In this document: piece by piece, positions 25,776 to 39,609 of the stretch
Layout: each line of letters starts with the position of its first letter
Numbering within the stretch: position 1 is the stretch's first letter
NCBI GenBank assembly: GCA_964016885.1
Contig: OZ024746.1
Coordinates: forward strand, 13,020,001-13,084,000
Reading direction: 5' to 3'
DNA: 64,000 nt
Origin: Eledone cirrhosa
Taxonomy: Eukaryota
Notes under the pieces: generated by a model
Seen by the model: only the letters and a program-made list of their open reading frames with translations
Databases searched by the model: none
What the model was told of the DNA's origin: nothing
Program-made: the position numbers and the translations under genes

Positions 25776-26594
25776 AAGAAATAGTTTGCTGATAATAACT
25801 GGTATTTTAGAATTTTATTTCATTTCGCTATGGATGCAGTGACCCTCACTGTGGTGTCCCAAATAAGACATCACCTCTTACTCAGAGGAAAAGGGTAAGA
25901 ATATCTGGTGTCTTCCTATCAACTCTAGATAATCTAGCTGGTTCCAAAATTAATTGGGAATTGAGTTGATGTTAACCTTTAAATTTACACCAGAACACTG
26001 ATGAAAGAAAGAAAAGCTTTCAGGGTGTTATGTTGTTTGATGTTCAGAAACAATGCTATGAAACTTCTTAACCTAAATAACATTCACTCTTTACAAAAAC
26101 AACATAAGTGTGGAGGGTAATTATATCTATTATTAGAGACAATAAATAGGGTAGTGGATTGGTAGAATTAGATAAAATGTCACTGCAGTATATTTGTTCT
26201 GGTTCTTTACAGTGTGTTTGAAACCCCACTGAGGTCAACTTTATCTTCCATCCTTTCAGGGTCTATAAAATAAAGTTAAGTACTGGGGTTGATTTAAAGT
26301 GGTTAGTGTTAAGAAGGGCATACAACCATAGAAACTATGCTCCTGGTACATGCTATAAAGTGGTTGGCATCCCACCATAGAAACCAAGGCATAACAAAGT
26401 GTATGAGCAGGACCTAGTCACCTAACCAGTCAGACCTTAGCACATGACAGTCATCTAACTCATGCAAGCATGGAAGATGTTAAATGGTGATGATGATGAT
26501 GATGATGATGATGATTACCTCTTAGCTAAATAACTACTTACCTTCCCCAGAATTAATAAAAAATATATATCTGAGGCTTTGTTATTGTTGTGCT

Positions 26595-27330
26595 GTTTAA
26601 TGTCTATTTTCCATTCCATGCTGTCACATACTAAGGCTAGACTTGCCCATATCTTCCATTTTGGGCTTGGTTTCTATGACTGGAAGCCCTCCCTAATGCC
26701 AACCTCTTTACACTGTGCACTAAAAGCATTTTAACTTAGCACCAGCACTACCACCTTCCAGAGTGGACAGGATGTATTTTATTGTGGCACCAACACTACC
26801 ACCTTACAGGGTGGACAGGGTGTATTTTATTGTGGCACCAGCACTACCACCTTACAGGGTGGACAGGGTGTATTTTATTGTGGCACCAGCACTACCACCT
26901 TCTAAGGTGGGCTGGATGTGTTTTATTGTGGAATCAGCACTACCACCTTCCAGGGTGGGCTGGGTGTATTTTATTGTGGAATCAGCACTACCACCTTCCA
27001 GGGTGGGCTGGGTGTATTTTATTGTGGAATCAGCACTACCACCTTCCAGGGTGGGCTGGGTGTATTTTATTGTGGAATCAGCACTACCACCTTCCAGGGT
27101 GGGCTGGGTGTATTTTATTGTGGAATCAGCACTACCACCTTCCAGGGTGGGCTGGGTGTATTTTATTGTGGAATCAGCATTACCACCTTCCAGGGTGGGC
27201 TGGGTGTATTTTATTGTGGAATCAGCACTACCACCTTCTAAGGTGGGCTGGATGTGTTTTATTGTGGCACCAGCACTACCACCCTCCAGGGTGGACTGGG
27301 TGTATTTCATTGTAGCATCAGCACCATGTT
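26595..27330 (-). mobile_element. Family C SINE-like copy containing an expanded 48-bp minisatellite
   Basis: TTTAATGTCTATTTTCC...GGTTTCTATGACTGGAAGCCCTCCCTAATGCCAACC precedes the array. Confidence 0.75.
26740..27326. repeat. 48-bp minisatellite, ~12 units
   Basis: Unit CAGCACTACCACCTTCCAGGGTGGGCTGGGTGTATTTTATTGTGGAAT. The spurious ORFs show 16-aa periodicity. Confidence 0.95.
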
Positions 27331-27594
27331 CTATGTAGATTCTATAATGATTTTAAACCTGGTCTACTGATAATGCGTCCAACTGTTGCTAGCAGCAAAA
27401 GTGGATGTTAAACAATGATTGTTAGACTCAAGAGCTGAACTCCTGACCACAAAGACAAGAGTCCAAACTTTTCTGCAGCTGCTATATTTAGGCAGAAGGC
27501 AAGGCATATACAATGACTGGAAAATGGGTACTAGCTCAATTCCATGATGAACTAACAAGCATCTCACAGTAAATATCTTTGCTCCAACAATTTC

Positions 27595-27825
27595 TTGCTT
27601 ATCCTTCCTCATCCCATCCCCATATCTGAGGGTCAGGGGCCATGGACTTATGGACCAACACTCTCTATCTTTTCCTGTCTCTTGCCATTGTAGTACATTC
27701 CACCAAACTCCTTCCTGTCCATTTCTTAATATCATGTCTATCCCCTGGCCCTTTTCCCTTGTATTCGACCTTCAAAGATGTGGGTTGTCAAATTTTGGGC
27801 CCTGATGACATGACCAAAACACTTG
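27595..27825 (-). mobile_element. RTE LINE 3' end fragment
   Basis: Minus strand reads KCFGHVIRAQNLTTHIFEGRIQGKRARG...DIKKWTG...MARDR. Confidence 0.75.
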
Positions 27826-29034
27826 CTTATACTCCAAAGCAAAAAAGAAATATGAAACTAATAGATTTCATACATTAACTCTTTATTTTTTTAACATTGC
27901 TCTTTAAATATACTTGATATATTTATTTTGTGTAAGAGAATGTAATGACACACTGTAAAACTACTTGCCACAAGTTAGCTTTACTTTATTATCAACTCAT
28001 TCCATATCTCTGTCTTTATTTACTCTTATGCCAGGTGTGGCAAGAGAAGTTCAATGCCTTTCTCAAGTCACAACACACTATCAGTGATGGAGACAAATTC
28101 TGGACTTTTTCATCTGTAACGATACATTATCCACTCGTTAATGCAACATTTCAGGATGTCAATTAACTACTTTGTTAATCCCTTCTTCAAGTTGAACTGC
28201 TTGACCAATTTCATCAACTACCAGATGCTTGCTTTACAACTTTTAACTTTGCATTCTGCTGCAGGTGTTGTGTCCTTAGGCAAAGCATTTAACTCTACTT
28301 GACCTTTAGACAGACTCATGGTACTTGGTGCTATTCTCTCCTCTTAATTACACCATCCCTGCTCGTACCATGGAAGTACACACCAGTTATCCAGGTAAAT
28401 GGAGCTCATTAAACTGAAGTGAAAACAGTAAAATCCCATATCTATTGAATCCATTCTCTTACGGAGAACTTCTGTCCTGTAGATTAAAAAAGAAAATAAT
28501 CTTTATATACAAAATGTTTGTTTTATATTTCATAAAGTCATAATAATGACATTTAAGATGTTGAATTAAAAACAGGTTTACATGCAACACACCAGAGTTA
28601 ACCAATATAATATATTGCTGATAAGATGTCAATCCCAAATAAAAACCAAAGCTGAAATCTGATTTATTTCCAATGCTTGCTGTTAATCTAGAGAATGACA
28701 AATTAATATTTTTGGTTATTAAAAAAAATTAAGCCAACAGAGGATCTTTCACTCTGAAGGTTTTGGTCAGCCTGGGCCCAAGTTTATAGTAGCAGAAGAC
28801 CAAGGTAACACATAGTGGAACTGAACCCCAAATCATGTGGTTTTGAAGTTTATTTAAAATAACAGAATAGAAATACAAATTCAGCCTGTTACCTTTATAT
28901 TCATGTTTTAGTGAGAAGGGGAGTGCACCTAGCCCTTTTCAGGGCCTCTGGTGGGAGGGAGAAAGTTGTTCTCAGGCTGTGGGCCTGGCCTAAATGTGTG
29001 CAGCAAAGAAAATTCCACAAAAACAAGAAGTGAC

Positions 29035-29150
29035 CTTTCCACACAGTTTCCTTTGACCAAATGTCACTTACAAGGCTTTGGTTGAACTAAAGCCATGACT
29101 GAAGATACTTTCCCAAGGTGCTACATGATAGCATCAAACCTGAAACCACA
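29035..29150 (-). mobile_element. tRNA/CORE-like SINE fragment (family D)
   Basis: CAGTTTCC...CAAAT.TCACT.ACAAGGCTTTGGT...GAAGATACTT.CCCAAGGTGC. Related copies at ~28740-28850, ~33975-34135 (+) and ~52143-52295. Confidence 0.6.
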
Positions 29151-30325
29151 AAATGGGAGGGCAAAGAAAGCTCTCGTGCTCATCAATAATGTAATAATTT
29201 AAATGAAAACTATTCAAATAACTGTTTTTGTTACAATAGTTCCTTCTGTATATTTCAGTAATTTTGAATACTGAAATCAATATATTGATTGTTGTTTTAA
29301 TATTGTGTCTATCAAATAATAAATAAAGTGATAGGAAATGATAGAAACTAAGACAGAAATGGTTTAAAGCTTGAGAAAATCAAACAAAGTAGTTGATAAA
29401 CAACATGGTTAATAAACTGTACACAGGATAGATAATTAACCAAAAGGCCAGATCAATCAAATAATGAGGTCAATATTCTCTGAATGGTAAAATGAAATCA
29501 GCTCAACATCTACTGTCTAACGGAAACAGACCAGTAGCTGTTGAATATCATCAATATTATCACAGGAACATAGCATAATTAGTTGTCATAAAACAGTAAT
29601 AGAAAAAGTTATGACAAAAAATTATTGCAAATGCCAATTAAGTCTCTCTTCCAAACAAGAAAAAAGATGAAGAAATTAGTTTGTAATGTATATTTAAACA
29701 ATGTACCATTTTATGGTGAGTGGGTCAACAGACAACACCCATTGTTTCTATATAGGCGTCAACATTGGTAGGACTTTCTTTAGTTTCCACCAGTTTCCTC
29801 AATCTGTAATAATAAAAGATAAGAACAGATTATAGAAACAACTTAGAACAAGACAATTCAATCACAAAAGAGTTTGATGATTAAATATTATCAGGTTTTC
29901 TCACCTTATATCTTAAGCATAGAGTACAAAAAACTCCATAAAATTGACAGATACTGAATGAAGGAATGTGTTATAGGTATACTTTAATGAACATTATAAA
30001 TAGTTTTTTTCATTAATAAATAAAACAAAATATCAATGAACTAATTCCTCACATAAACTCTTAGTATATATAAAACCCATGCTAGCATGGAAAAATGAAT
30101 GTTAAACAGTAATGATGATGATGATGATGATATATATATATATATATAAGTTGATATTCCTTTGTTTTGTTTTATTGGTTAACTGTTTTTAATGATAGCT
30201 ATTTATAATTCTATGTTTTTTCTAGCAGGAAATTAATCAAGAAAAAAATATTACAATTGATGTAAACTGTTGAAATAAAGACCAACTTAAAACTAATTAA
30301 TAAAACTATATCTGTATACACAATG

Positions 30326-30440
30326 TAGTCATAAATTGTCTAGATACCCCATTAACTTGTGCTAGTCATAAATGTCTAGATACCCCATTAACTTGTGCTA
30401 GTCATAAATTATGTCCACAAACCCCATTAACTTGTGCAAT
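30326..30440. repeat. 36-37 bp tandem repeat x3
   Basis: TAGTCATAAATGTCTAGATACCCCATTAACTTGTGC is repeated. Confidence 0.85.
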
Positions 30441-30719
30441 AAGAATGAATCAGTTTTCCCCCAGGAAATGTAATACCTGTTCCTGACAGCTAGATAAATA
30501 AAGTGCTCTACCCAAGAACACTATACCTCACAAAGCACTCAAGTTGTATATAATGTTATCCAATTTACACATGTATGTTTATAAAGCTTTTTCTACACTG
30601 TATCAATATTGTTTATAACTATTTATTGATCCTTCTAATCATGTAAAATCAGACACACCATGCTGCTTCCATAGAAACCTTTAATCTAAAATTACTACAC
30701 AAAAGTTTCTTTTCAAATT

Positions 30720-30923
30720 AAAACCTTTAGCATTTAAACAGGCCAGACTTCTCCCACCTCCTTCTGTTCAAACCGGCTGTAATCGACCGTTCATACTTAT
30801 GTTAAGGTATTGTTTTCAAAATAAATAATATCAAAATCTTAAAGATCGATATTATGTGAAATGAAGTGTTTACCATGAAAATACAATAGTAAATATAGAG
30901 TAATATAAATGGTAAAGGGTTAA
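30720..30923 (-). mobile_element. piggyBac-type MITE family A
   Basis: Homologous to 16405-16629; ends AAAGGG-TTAA. Confidence 0.8.
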
Positions 30924-32579
30924 ATAATATTGAATCAAATTTGATATTGTTTCTTCTAAACGAGAACCACAATTTTTACAACACGTTTTTACATAGAAAA
31001 AGTTCTGTTCAATACACTGACACACAAGGAAACTGTATCTACATCCTATGGTATATATTTTAAATATGTGAATGAACAGTTTTTAAAATTTACTGTCCTT
31101 TTTAACTCATCCTGTAATGATTTAACAGAAAATATTTTTAAAAAAACAGCTTTGTTAATTCATATTTTTATAGCATCTTTAGTGAACATATTTTTGTAAA
31201 TTTACAGAAAACTAAAATAAAGACTTTAATTTCTAATATGATGCTGTCATGGTGTTGCTTTGAGCTTTTCAAGAATGCCTTGCTAATGCGGTTCAGGATA
31301 TTAAAAGTTCTGAATTGACAATTAAAAAATATTACATTGGGATGTTCACTTAATGTTAGATAGTTAAATATAGTTTTTAAAATATTACTGAATATAAATA
31401 GTTGTTGAAAAATTTGCAATGGTAACTATATGTGGATATTTTAAAAACAAAATATTTAGCTAAACTGTTTAAAATTGTAATAACCTATTTAAATATAAAA
31501 ATATTACATTACAAATGTTGAAATAAAAACTAAAAATTACTCAGTAGTAATTCTTTTAACACTTGCATATATTCAGAGAATGAATTGGTACTATATGAAT
31601 ATCACTGAATTTTAAGTGACTAAAAAGATTGGCATCAAGAAGAACAACTGGCCATGAAACACAGCCTCAAAAAGTTCCATCCAACCCATGCCAACTCAGT
31701 TGTAAAAACGGTGACAAATATAGATGAAATGAAAATGATGTCACATTAGAAATAAATCAGACAATTCAAGTTATGCTATCAAACAACAAAAGTTTCTTCC
31801 TATATTTTTGTAAAGAATTATAGCGAATATATCAATAACAGATTATAGTTTAATATATGATGATGATGATGATATTATGACAAAAGAAAGCATGTCATAA
31901 GGACTATGTTAGAGGGGAAAGTATTCAACCAAGTAACATATTCCAAAATACCAATAAATGCCTCGTTTTCTACAACTATCCCTTGCTAATCTAAACCTTC
32001 AGAACTCTACTGAAGTTTAATATAGAAAATAATTGATAATAGTAATTGATTTAATTTTTATATTTTGTAATTTCTCTTTTAATTAAATTATATATGATAA
32101 TATATGTGTATAAACATGACACAATCACCCTACCTGTCAATGAAAGCAGTAACTCTGAATAAGAAATACCAGCATGGAAAGAAATATATATATATACATG
32201 TGTGTATAATTAAGACTGTCAATTTGCCTTAATTTGAACGCAAATAAAACCAACAACAAACCCACCGCAACCATAAACCATGCACCTACAATTGAACCCA
32301 ATCACCAGATCCAGGAAGAGTTAAACCACGCACGTCCTTCTAAACACGCTCACATCTCCCAGTAAACCAACCACAGAACCACATCAATTTATTGGTATTT
32401 GGATGACAGATGTCATAGGTGCAACAGTCATATAAATAGTCTGCTGATTATATATATGTATACACATATATATATTCATATATGTTGTCGAAAGTCGATT
32501 AAAAGCATAAAGCAGTAAAATGTTGTCCAGCCCATAACAGGATGGAAAAGTGAACTAACAAACAAAAAAAATTGATGTT

Positions 32580-32865
32580 TATATATATATATACACGATC
32601 ATGATGTGTATGTATATGTGTATATATACGATGATTTGTATGTATGTGTATATATATATATATATACACGATGATGATGTGTATATATATATATACACGA
32701 TGATGATGTGTATGTATATGTGTATATATATATATATATATACACGATGATGATGTGTATGTATATGTGTATATATATATATATACACGATGATGATGTG
32801 TATGTATATGTGTGTATATATATAAAAATGAAGATGATGTGTAAATATATATATATATGTATGTA
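32580..32865. repeat. Compound (TA)n/(TG)n/(GAT)n simple repeat with ~60-bp superperiod
   Basis: Direct read. Confidence 0.9.
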
Positions 32866-32869
32866 AGGT

Positions 32870-33070
32870 AGCCATGTTGGTGACACGAGAAAAAAAAGTA
32901 CCCAGTCCACACTGTAACGTGGTTGGTGTTAGGAAGGACATCCAGTCATGGAAACCAAACCAGAATACAGATCCATATGAGCAAGATAAGGTCACCTGAT
33001 CCAACTTGTCTCATAACATGACAACCCGTCTAATCCATGCATGGAAAAATAGACGTTAAATGATAATATA
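32870..33070 (+). mobile_element. Family C SINE-like copy
   Basis: GGTTGGTGTTAGGAAGGACATCCAGTC...CCATGCATGGAAAAATAGACGTTAAATGAT. Another copy lies at ~33395-33670. Confidence 0.75.
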
Positions 33071-36000
33071 TATATATATATACACATACATAACTATATA
33101 TATACTTTTAATGTATACATGTATATATATATATTTTATATACATTTACATATAATGTATACAGCTATATATACATAAGCTGAACTTGCACAATCGCACC
33201 TCTCATAGGCGAGAGATCTCTGCCGTTATGCAGTAATACAGAGGACCGCCTTCCTATGTGCACAGGCTGAAGCATTCATCTATTATGCACCACTTTCCTT
33301 TACCTTCCCCCTTCCATGCACCTCCCACGTTCTAACATTCCACCCTTCATCAGATAAGTGCCCCACCCTAGATCTACCACTTCAATCTCCACCCCAGTGC
33401 CCAGTCCACACTGTAAAGTGGTTATTATGTATGTGTCACGACAAAAGCGCCTTGTCTACACTGTAAAATGGTCATTTTGGTATTTTGGTACCATGATAAA
33501 ATGCACCTAGTCCACACTGTAACTGTGGTTGGAGTTAGGAAGGGCATCTAGCCGTAGAAACCTAGCCAGTATCATGGTCATCTGATTTGACATGTCTCGC
33601 AATTTGACAACTCGTGTAACCAGCCCATGCTCGCGTGGAAAAATGGACATTAAAGAGTGATAATGATGTATGAATATATTTGTCTATATATATAGATAGA
33701 TATATATGATGATGACGTCTATATATAGATATGTATGATGATGATGGTGTCATAAAAATGCACACTGTAGCAGGTGCAACTCCTAAGAGGTCAATAGCTT
33801 TGTTTAAATATAACTTGATCTGTGACAAACAATACAACCCCTGCTAACAGAGGGACATTAAATGATGGTGACAATCATGTGTGTATATGGATATACACAC
33901 ATGCACGCGTACAAATGTATATATGAGCATGACATGTTTCCTGTACATGTCTAGTAGGGTAATAACTTCAAATTAGAGCTATGTAGCTAAGGAGCTCCTT
34001 TTGCAGCCGTTTTTTTTTTGTATCCACTGCCAGTCGATGCACTTTGTGAAAGTGTCTTCAATCGGCACCATTTGATCAATGCCTTGTAAGTAAAATTTTG
34101 GCAGGTAGAAACTGTGCGAGTGCCTGTTGTATATTTATATAAATACACACATATTTGTCTTAGTGTACATTTATGTCACACATTAATGATCAATAAAAAT
34201 GTACCAGACTTGAAAAAATAAATACTAGGTGCCCCAGCATATTAGCTGGAATATGTAATAGAGGGTTGATATGCTCCAGTAACTCTATTTAAGGTGATGC
34301 TCAAGCATGGCCGCAGCCTAATATCTCAAAAGCTAGAAGACTAACAACATATACATTTGTATATGGAATATACCTACACACACACACATTACATATATAT
34401 AAATACATACAAAGTATATTCCTATATATTGACACGATATAGAGCATAGATGACTTGATGCGAGTTGTATAAAAATGAAACACGAGTATAAGTTTCTCTG
34501 GGAGTAAAGTATAATTTTGTAGCTATATACACTTTAGTGTTTAGCTACTTTGACCAACATCAGTGCCTTTATATACACAGATAAGCAGAACAAGATTTCA
34601 AAGAACTTTGTGGAAAAACTTCCTCAAATGATGATTAGAAGGATAGTGATGTGATTTTTTGCAGAGGATTTTAATGGTTGTATCAGCAAAGGTGTATAAA
34701 GCTAAGCACGGAATGCAGAGATGGAATTCCAGATATGATAGGATGTAAACAAATTTATCTGCAACATAAATTTCAAGAAGCAAGCCCAGCAGTCACCTAC
34801 TGATCAGATTGGTCTGAGAGCTAAATTGTTTTGTAACAGAAACACAAAATCTAATGAAGATGTGCCTTACTATTGAAAGCTACAGCAGTAAAGAGACAGA
34901 CCTAAAGAGAGGGTAAAAAAGTTGAAGGATGCTCCAATTGACATAACATGATCTATATAAATAAGAGAATCCAGTGTAGAGGACAGCTGCATATCCTCTC
35001 ATGAGACAATTTATTGCAAACCAGTGACCAAGGCCCATATCTGGACTGGTCAATGAATAGTACTAAACTTATGACATAAGAGATTGGCAACAAAATGTAG
35101 AAAGCTAACAACAATTCAGAGTAGGAAAATTGCCAATATTGTGCAATGTAAATAATGTAAGAGGCATTGAATAGTTTGGAATTGCTAGATAATGTGATTG
35201 GTCAAATTAACATATCATTGTAAAGTAACGCAAGAGTTTGTTGATCAAAGAGTATGAATGGAAAAGTGGTTTGGGGGAGGGAGAGAGAGAGGGGGGGGGG
35301 GGGGGGGTAGCTAGCTGTAGAGATAAATCAAAAGGAAAGAAAAAGCAACACCAATATAATAGAAACAAGATCTCTCTCTCCCTCTGTCTGATGACTTAGA
35401 ACACCAGGTTATACTAATGTCATCCAAATAACTGGAGTAGTAGCACCTCAATTGCTGCAAGGTGGGGAAGATATACAAGAGGAGCGAATAACTTTACTTT
35501 CATATTGGGTCATACACACACACTAAGGTGATGAATAATAAGAAAACAGTGGATAAATGGTTGTGGTTCAAACAGCATCAGTAGGGAATTTTATAAGGAA
35601 TTCACTGTACAGGCAGGTGTTACAACAAAAGTTGTCAACGTCTCTACCCCATTGGGGGGGGGGGGGTTAAAGTCGCGTAGACTGTCTGCTAAGTTGGTTA
35701 TTATAGAAGAAACAAGATTATACAGATCTTCAAGTCAAATAGCAAAAATTTAACAGAAAGGACAACAGTTTTTGACTGTGAACTCAAAATCACAGTAGCA
35801 TTAAAAAAATGATAAGGGCAAAAAGTTATGGAGAGAGCTGACAGCAGTATATAGTTTATATCACCTAAGTAGCAGAACTTATGATGTAAACAGAGAGGAA
35901 TTATGTCTTTAATGGTAACAAACGGTTACTATCTTCTTCCAAAAGCTAACATAAAGTGGTGGTGAAATTGAACAGGAATGAGTCCAATACGACTGGTACT

Positions 36001-36551
36001 AACAAAACTAACGGACATTAAATATAGTTTGTAGCTAATGTCTGTCTAAAGAAGAGGTGACTTATGTTGGTCTGGTCATGTGAATAAATATCCACTGGTT
36101 AGAAAGGTATCTTGATGATGGCTAGCTACACTTATAGTAAAAGACTTGAAAGGAGGTGGTAAGCCAAGTTTGACTGTTGGACCTCAAAACTGATAGGAGA
36201 TGCACAGTAGTGAGATAGATGAAAGATGCCACATCACAAACCAATCCAAGCCTTAAAGAGATACTAAAGTGACAACTATGTTGATTATGATGATATATCA
36301 GTGTTAAAGTCCTTTATTAATACAATTTGCAAGACACTATAAAAGATGTTAACTTTGATTAGAGGCCACAGAATCAAAATATAAACAAAACTCCATCTAA
36401 AAAGTTGGAATCAATGTTTAAAGGTGATATAGTTTCTAAATTTAATAAGTCTAAAGCCATAACTATATCTCTGCTGTGCCTTACATGTTCAGTGGGGTTT
36501 AAAGGGGTAGAATGAAATAGAAAGAAAGTCTCAGTCGAATGGAACATGAAA

Positions 36552-36557
36552 TTTATT
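36552..36557 (-). promoter_or_regulatory. Candidate HEXIM polyadenylation signal (AATAAA)
   Basis: Minus-strand AATAAA followed ~25-45 nt later by a U-rich tract. Alternative signals at 37607, 36752, 36313 and 35010. Confidence 0.35.
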
Positions 36558-38826
36558 AGATGAAATCTTAAATTTCAAAATGAAAAGCTATAGATAGATA
36601 CTATGCATGCTGTGTCAAAGTTCTCTTTTCATTTTTTCCTCTACAAAATAAGAAAATAAAATAAAAATAGGAATAAATAAATAAAAACAAAATTAAGAAA
36701 GCACCACGTTGGTGAATTTCTTTGACATATAATTTAACGATTTAGAAAGTCTTTATTGTGTAAACGGTTTGTATTTGAACAATGAATGAGTTGCATTTCT
36801 TTTTTACTTTGCTAAAAGTCAATGAGAAAACATAGTAATATGTATTTTTTTTTAGAAAATGAATTGTTCTTGCCAAACGACTGCAGTATCTAGATGTAAG
36901 AGTTAAAAATGTCAACTAAGACCAGTGTGAAGAAACGTTTAAATTTGACTCCAGTAGAGATTATCTGAAATTATCTTACTTCTTCAAGTACTTGCAGGGA
37001 TTGACAAGTCGATGAGGAATTTCTTCATTCAGTAACACATATTTGCAAATTGCGCCAATGACAGTAGTAAACAAGGCCCTAAATCCTAGAACAGATCACT
37101 AAAAATAACAACTATTGAAAAAGGGGGAAGAAAAAAAAAAAAGAAAAAAAAAAGAAAAAACAAACTTATTTTCTCTCATTTTCCCGATTAACATCTGTCA
37201 AGTTGGTAATAACACGTTTATGATGACTTGGTAGGAATACAAACTGACAAGCTGGCAGTTTGTGAAAGTCTCTTGATATCTTTCAAAAGAAAACGCACAT
37301 CAACCTACTTGTGCAGTTATTTTTAGATCAATTTGGAGAATATACCTAGTCTTATTATTTACTAGGGTTCCTTACATATAACAACTTCTAAAAATAGTGA
37401 CCCTGCAAGGTTTATAGAAAAAAACAGCAACGTATGTTTCATTACTTTATATTGGTTCTAATGTTGAAATATTAAATATAACTAAAGAACCTTCCAAATA
37501 AAAAAAAAGGTGGAAACAGAAAGGAGAAATCTAAAGATCCTAATAAATAACTTAAGAGATGGTGTTTCCTCAAACAGTAACAGGTTTGTCATTTCGTGTG
37601 CAAAGCTTTATTGAAAAGAGTTTTAACATTGACTGATTCAAGACATCGAAGCCAAGAATTCCCTAAAAATACAAGGTTATTATATAATTCAAGTGTATTT
37701 AAATAGTGTAAAATTGCAACAGACAAACAACTGTTGTGAAGAGCTAAAAGAAATATCTTAATAATAATAATAAACTAATGTTGAACAATGAAAGTTTGGT
37801 ATAAATAATGGGCATGTTGTTGAAAATTAATAATAATGCTGATTGATCGAAGTACAATAGTAGAAAGAAGCTGCAGTCGGAGCGATGAAAACAGGCGGAG
37901 ATATAAAAAAAACAAGGAGTTTATCACCTTATTACAATGACTGACTCCTCACCCTTAACTGCAGACCAAATAAACACAATTGTTAGACAATTTTGGCCCA
38001 TATACAGAAGAGAAAAAAAATCAAAACAAAATGAACAAATACTTAACATTACTGATTCAAGTTAGCGAGCGTCACAACTTGTTAGGTTTTGAAAATGTTA
38101 AAAATTAAATTAATGTAGCGCTAATTATCTTAGCAATAACCAAAGTATTGATAAAGGTACATAAAGGTTTACATCGCATTAAAAAAATATTCACAATAAC
38201 TTGTTTAAGTGTGCATGATTGCTGAATATTTTTCGATGGAAAGAAAGTAAACAGTAAAAATAGATGACATGTGGGAGGAGGAACAACACTATAAGCATTA
38301 TTAAACCTGAATGATAAATAATGATATATCCCCCTTGCCTCGTCTTCCGTTGATCTCAACCAAATGCTTAACGATTTGTTTGATTCATTTCAATGTTAAG
38401 TGAATATCAATCAATTTAGTCTTTCTTTTCTAAATGAACAATCCGTTGAAAAAATATACAAAAAAAAAAAACTTATTGTATCAACATTAACAAATTAAAT
38501 AGTGGCACGGTTCAATTTTATCTATGAAGAAAAGTGTTAATCTGGAATGCCATGGTAACCAACTGAAAATAACATGTTTTGTTTTCTTTAAAGATATAAA
38601 AGAAAAGAAGGGGGATTTAGTGTTCAATGATCAGGAAATATAAGTGTATACATACTGTGTATGGATACGCCAATAAAAATAAAGTTGTGTGTGTATAAGA
38701 GAGAAGAGAAAAGAGCATGCACTGCACAGGTTGTTCGATATATTTCCTAACTAACCTTCAGACACCTAGATTAATGAGTGGATCTTGGAATTTTTTAAAG
38801 AAAAAATATATATATTCTGGCCACAT

Positions 38827-39609
38827 TTAGGTTATTGTAGAACTTTTCTTCAGTTTTTCATTCTCGGCTTTTAGGCGTTCATTTTCAGCAAGTAATCGCT
38901 GTAATTCATCTCGAAGGATTCGCTTTTCGCAATCCATCACCTCTTCTTCGCTACTGAGAGAATGTTCATTGGAGCCGTCACTTGATTTTTTGTGTACATA
39001 TCGTAAGTTCTCTTTTTCTTTTAATTTTGTTTCTGCTCTTTCTAATTTAGACTCCAATTCTATGTATTCTTTAATAAGAGACTCTTTAGACATAGTTTGT
39101 AACCGTTCAGCATGGATGTTATCATAAGTCTCAGAGAATTCCCGAGCAATAAAGTTTTTTTCTTCGTCTGTACTTTCATAATCCTCGGATGAATCACAGC
39201 TGGTAGAAGGATCTTTCCCGTGGCGAACTTCTTCGTGCATATAAGGCGACCTCACCGGTTCATTTTTAATATGATCTTCCATTAGAAATTGAGTTGTGTT
39301 GTAAGGAGCTCGCGGATGCCCTGATGCGAAAGCTTCCTCGCGCTTCTGTGTCGCTCGTTGTGTCTCTCTCTCATCCATCTCTTGTCTTTCAGACCAAGTC
39401 ATTTTGTTATAAGGTTTCCATTTCCGATGATGCCTTTTACCACGACGGTGCTTCTTCTTACGTATCCCATTACGACAGGGAAGAAGAACAGAATCTGACA
39501 TTTGTTTACCAACACTTTCGGGATCGGAACCTTGATTTTCAGAGAAATCCACGTCGGAATTCTGCATGGGCATTTCGTGTTTCATCTCGCTTTGCGTTTC
39601 TTTATCCAT
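38827..39609 (-). CDS. HEXIM: HEXIM protein (7SK RNA-binding P-TEFb inhibitor), 260 aa, single coding exon
   Basis: Basic RNA-binding region KKKHRRGKRHHRKWKPY, invariant PRAPYNTTQFLMEDH (PYNT motif), acidic region, and the coiled-coil FSETYDNIHAERLQTMSKESLIKEYIELE. The first ATG is at 39609 in a strong context (ataATGg); the track start at 39615 is a TTG. Confidence 0.97.
   Translation of the reverse strand: MDKETQSEMKHEMPMQNSDVDFSENQGSDPESVGKQMSDSVLLPCRNGIRKKKHRRGKRHHRKWKPYNKMTWSERQEMDERETQRATQKREEAFASGHPRAPYNTTQFLMEDHIKNEPVRSPYMHEEVRHGKDPSTSCDSSEDYESTDEEKNFIAREFSETYDNIHAERLQTMSKESLIKEYIELESKLERAETKLKEKENLRYVHKKSSDGSNEHSLSSEEEVMDCEKRILRDELQRLLAENERLKAENEKLKKSSTIT

Noticed and set aside
26763-27338. 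16-aa repeat ORFs in four frames
   Set aside because: A by-product of a 48-bp unit divisible by 3, embedded in a retroposon.
32499-33004. Tyr/Ile/His-rich ORFs (also ~1391-1470 and ~47981-48304)
   Set aside because: Translations of TA/CA/GAT microsatellites.
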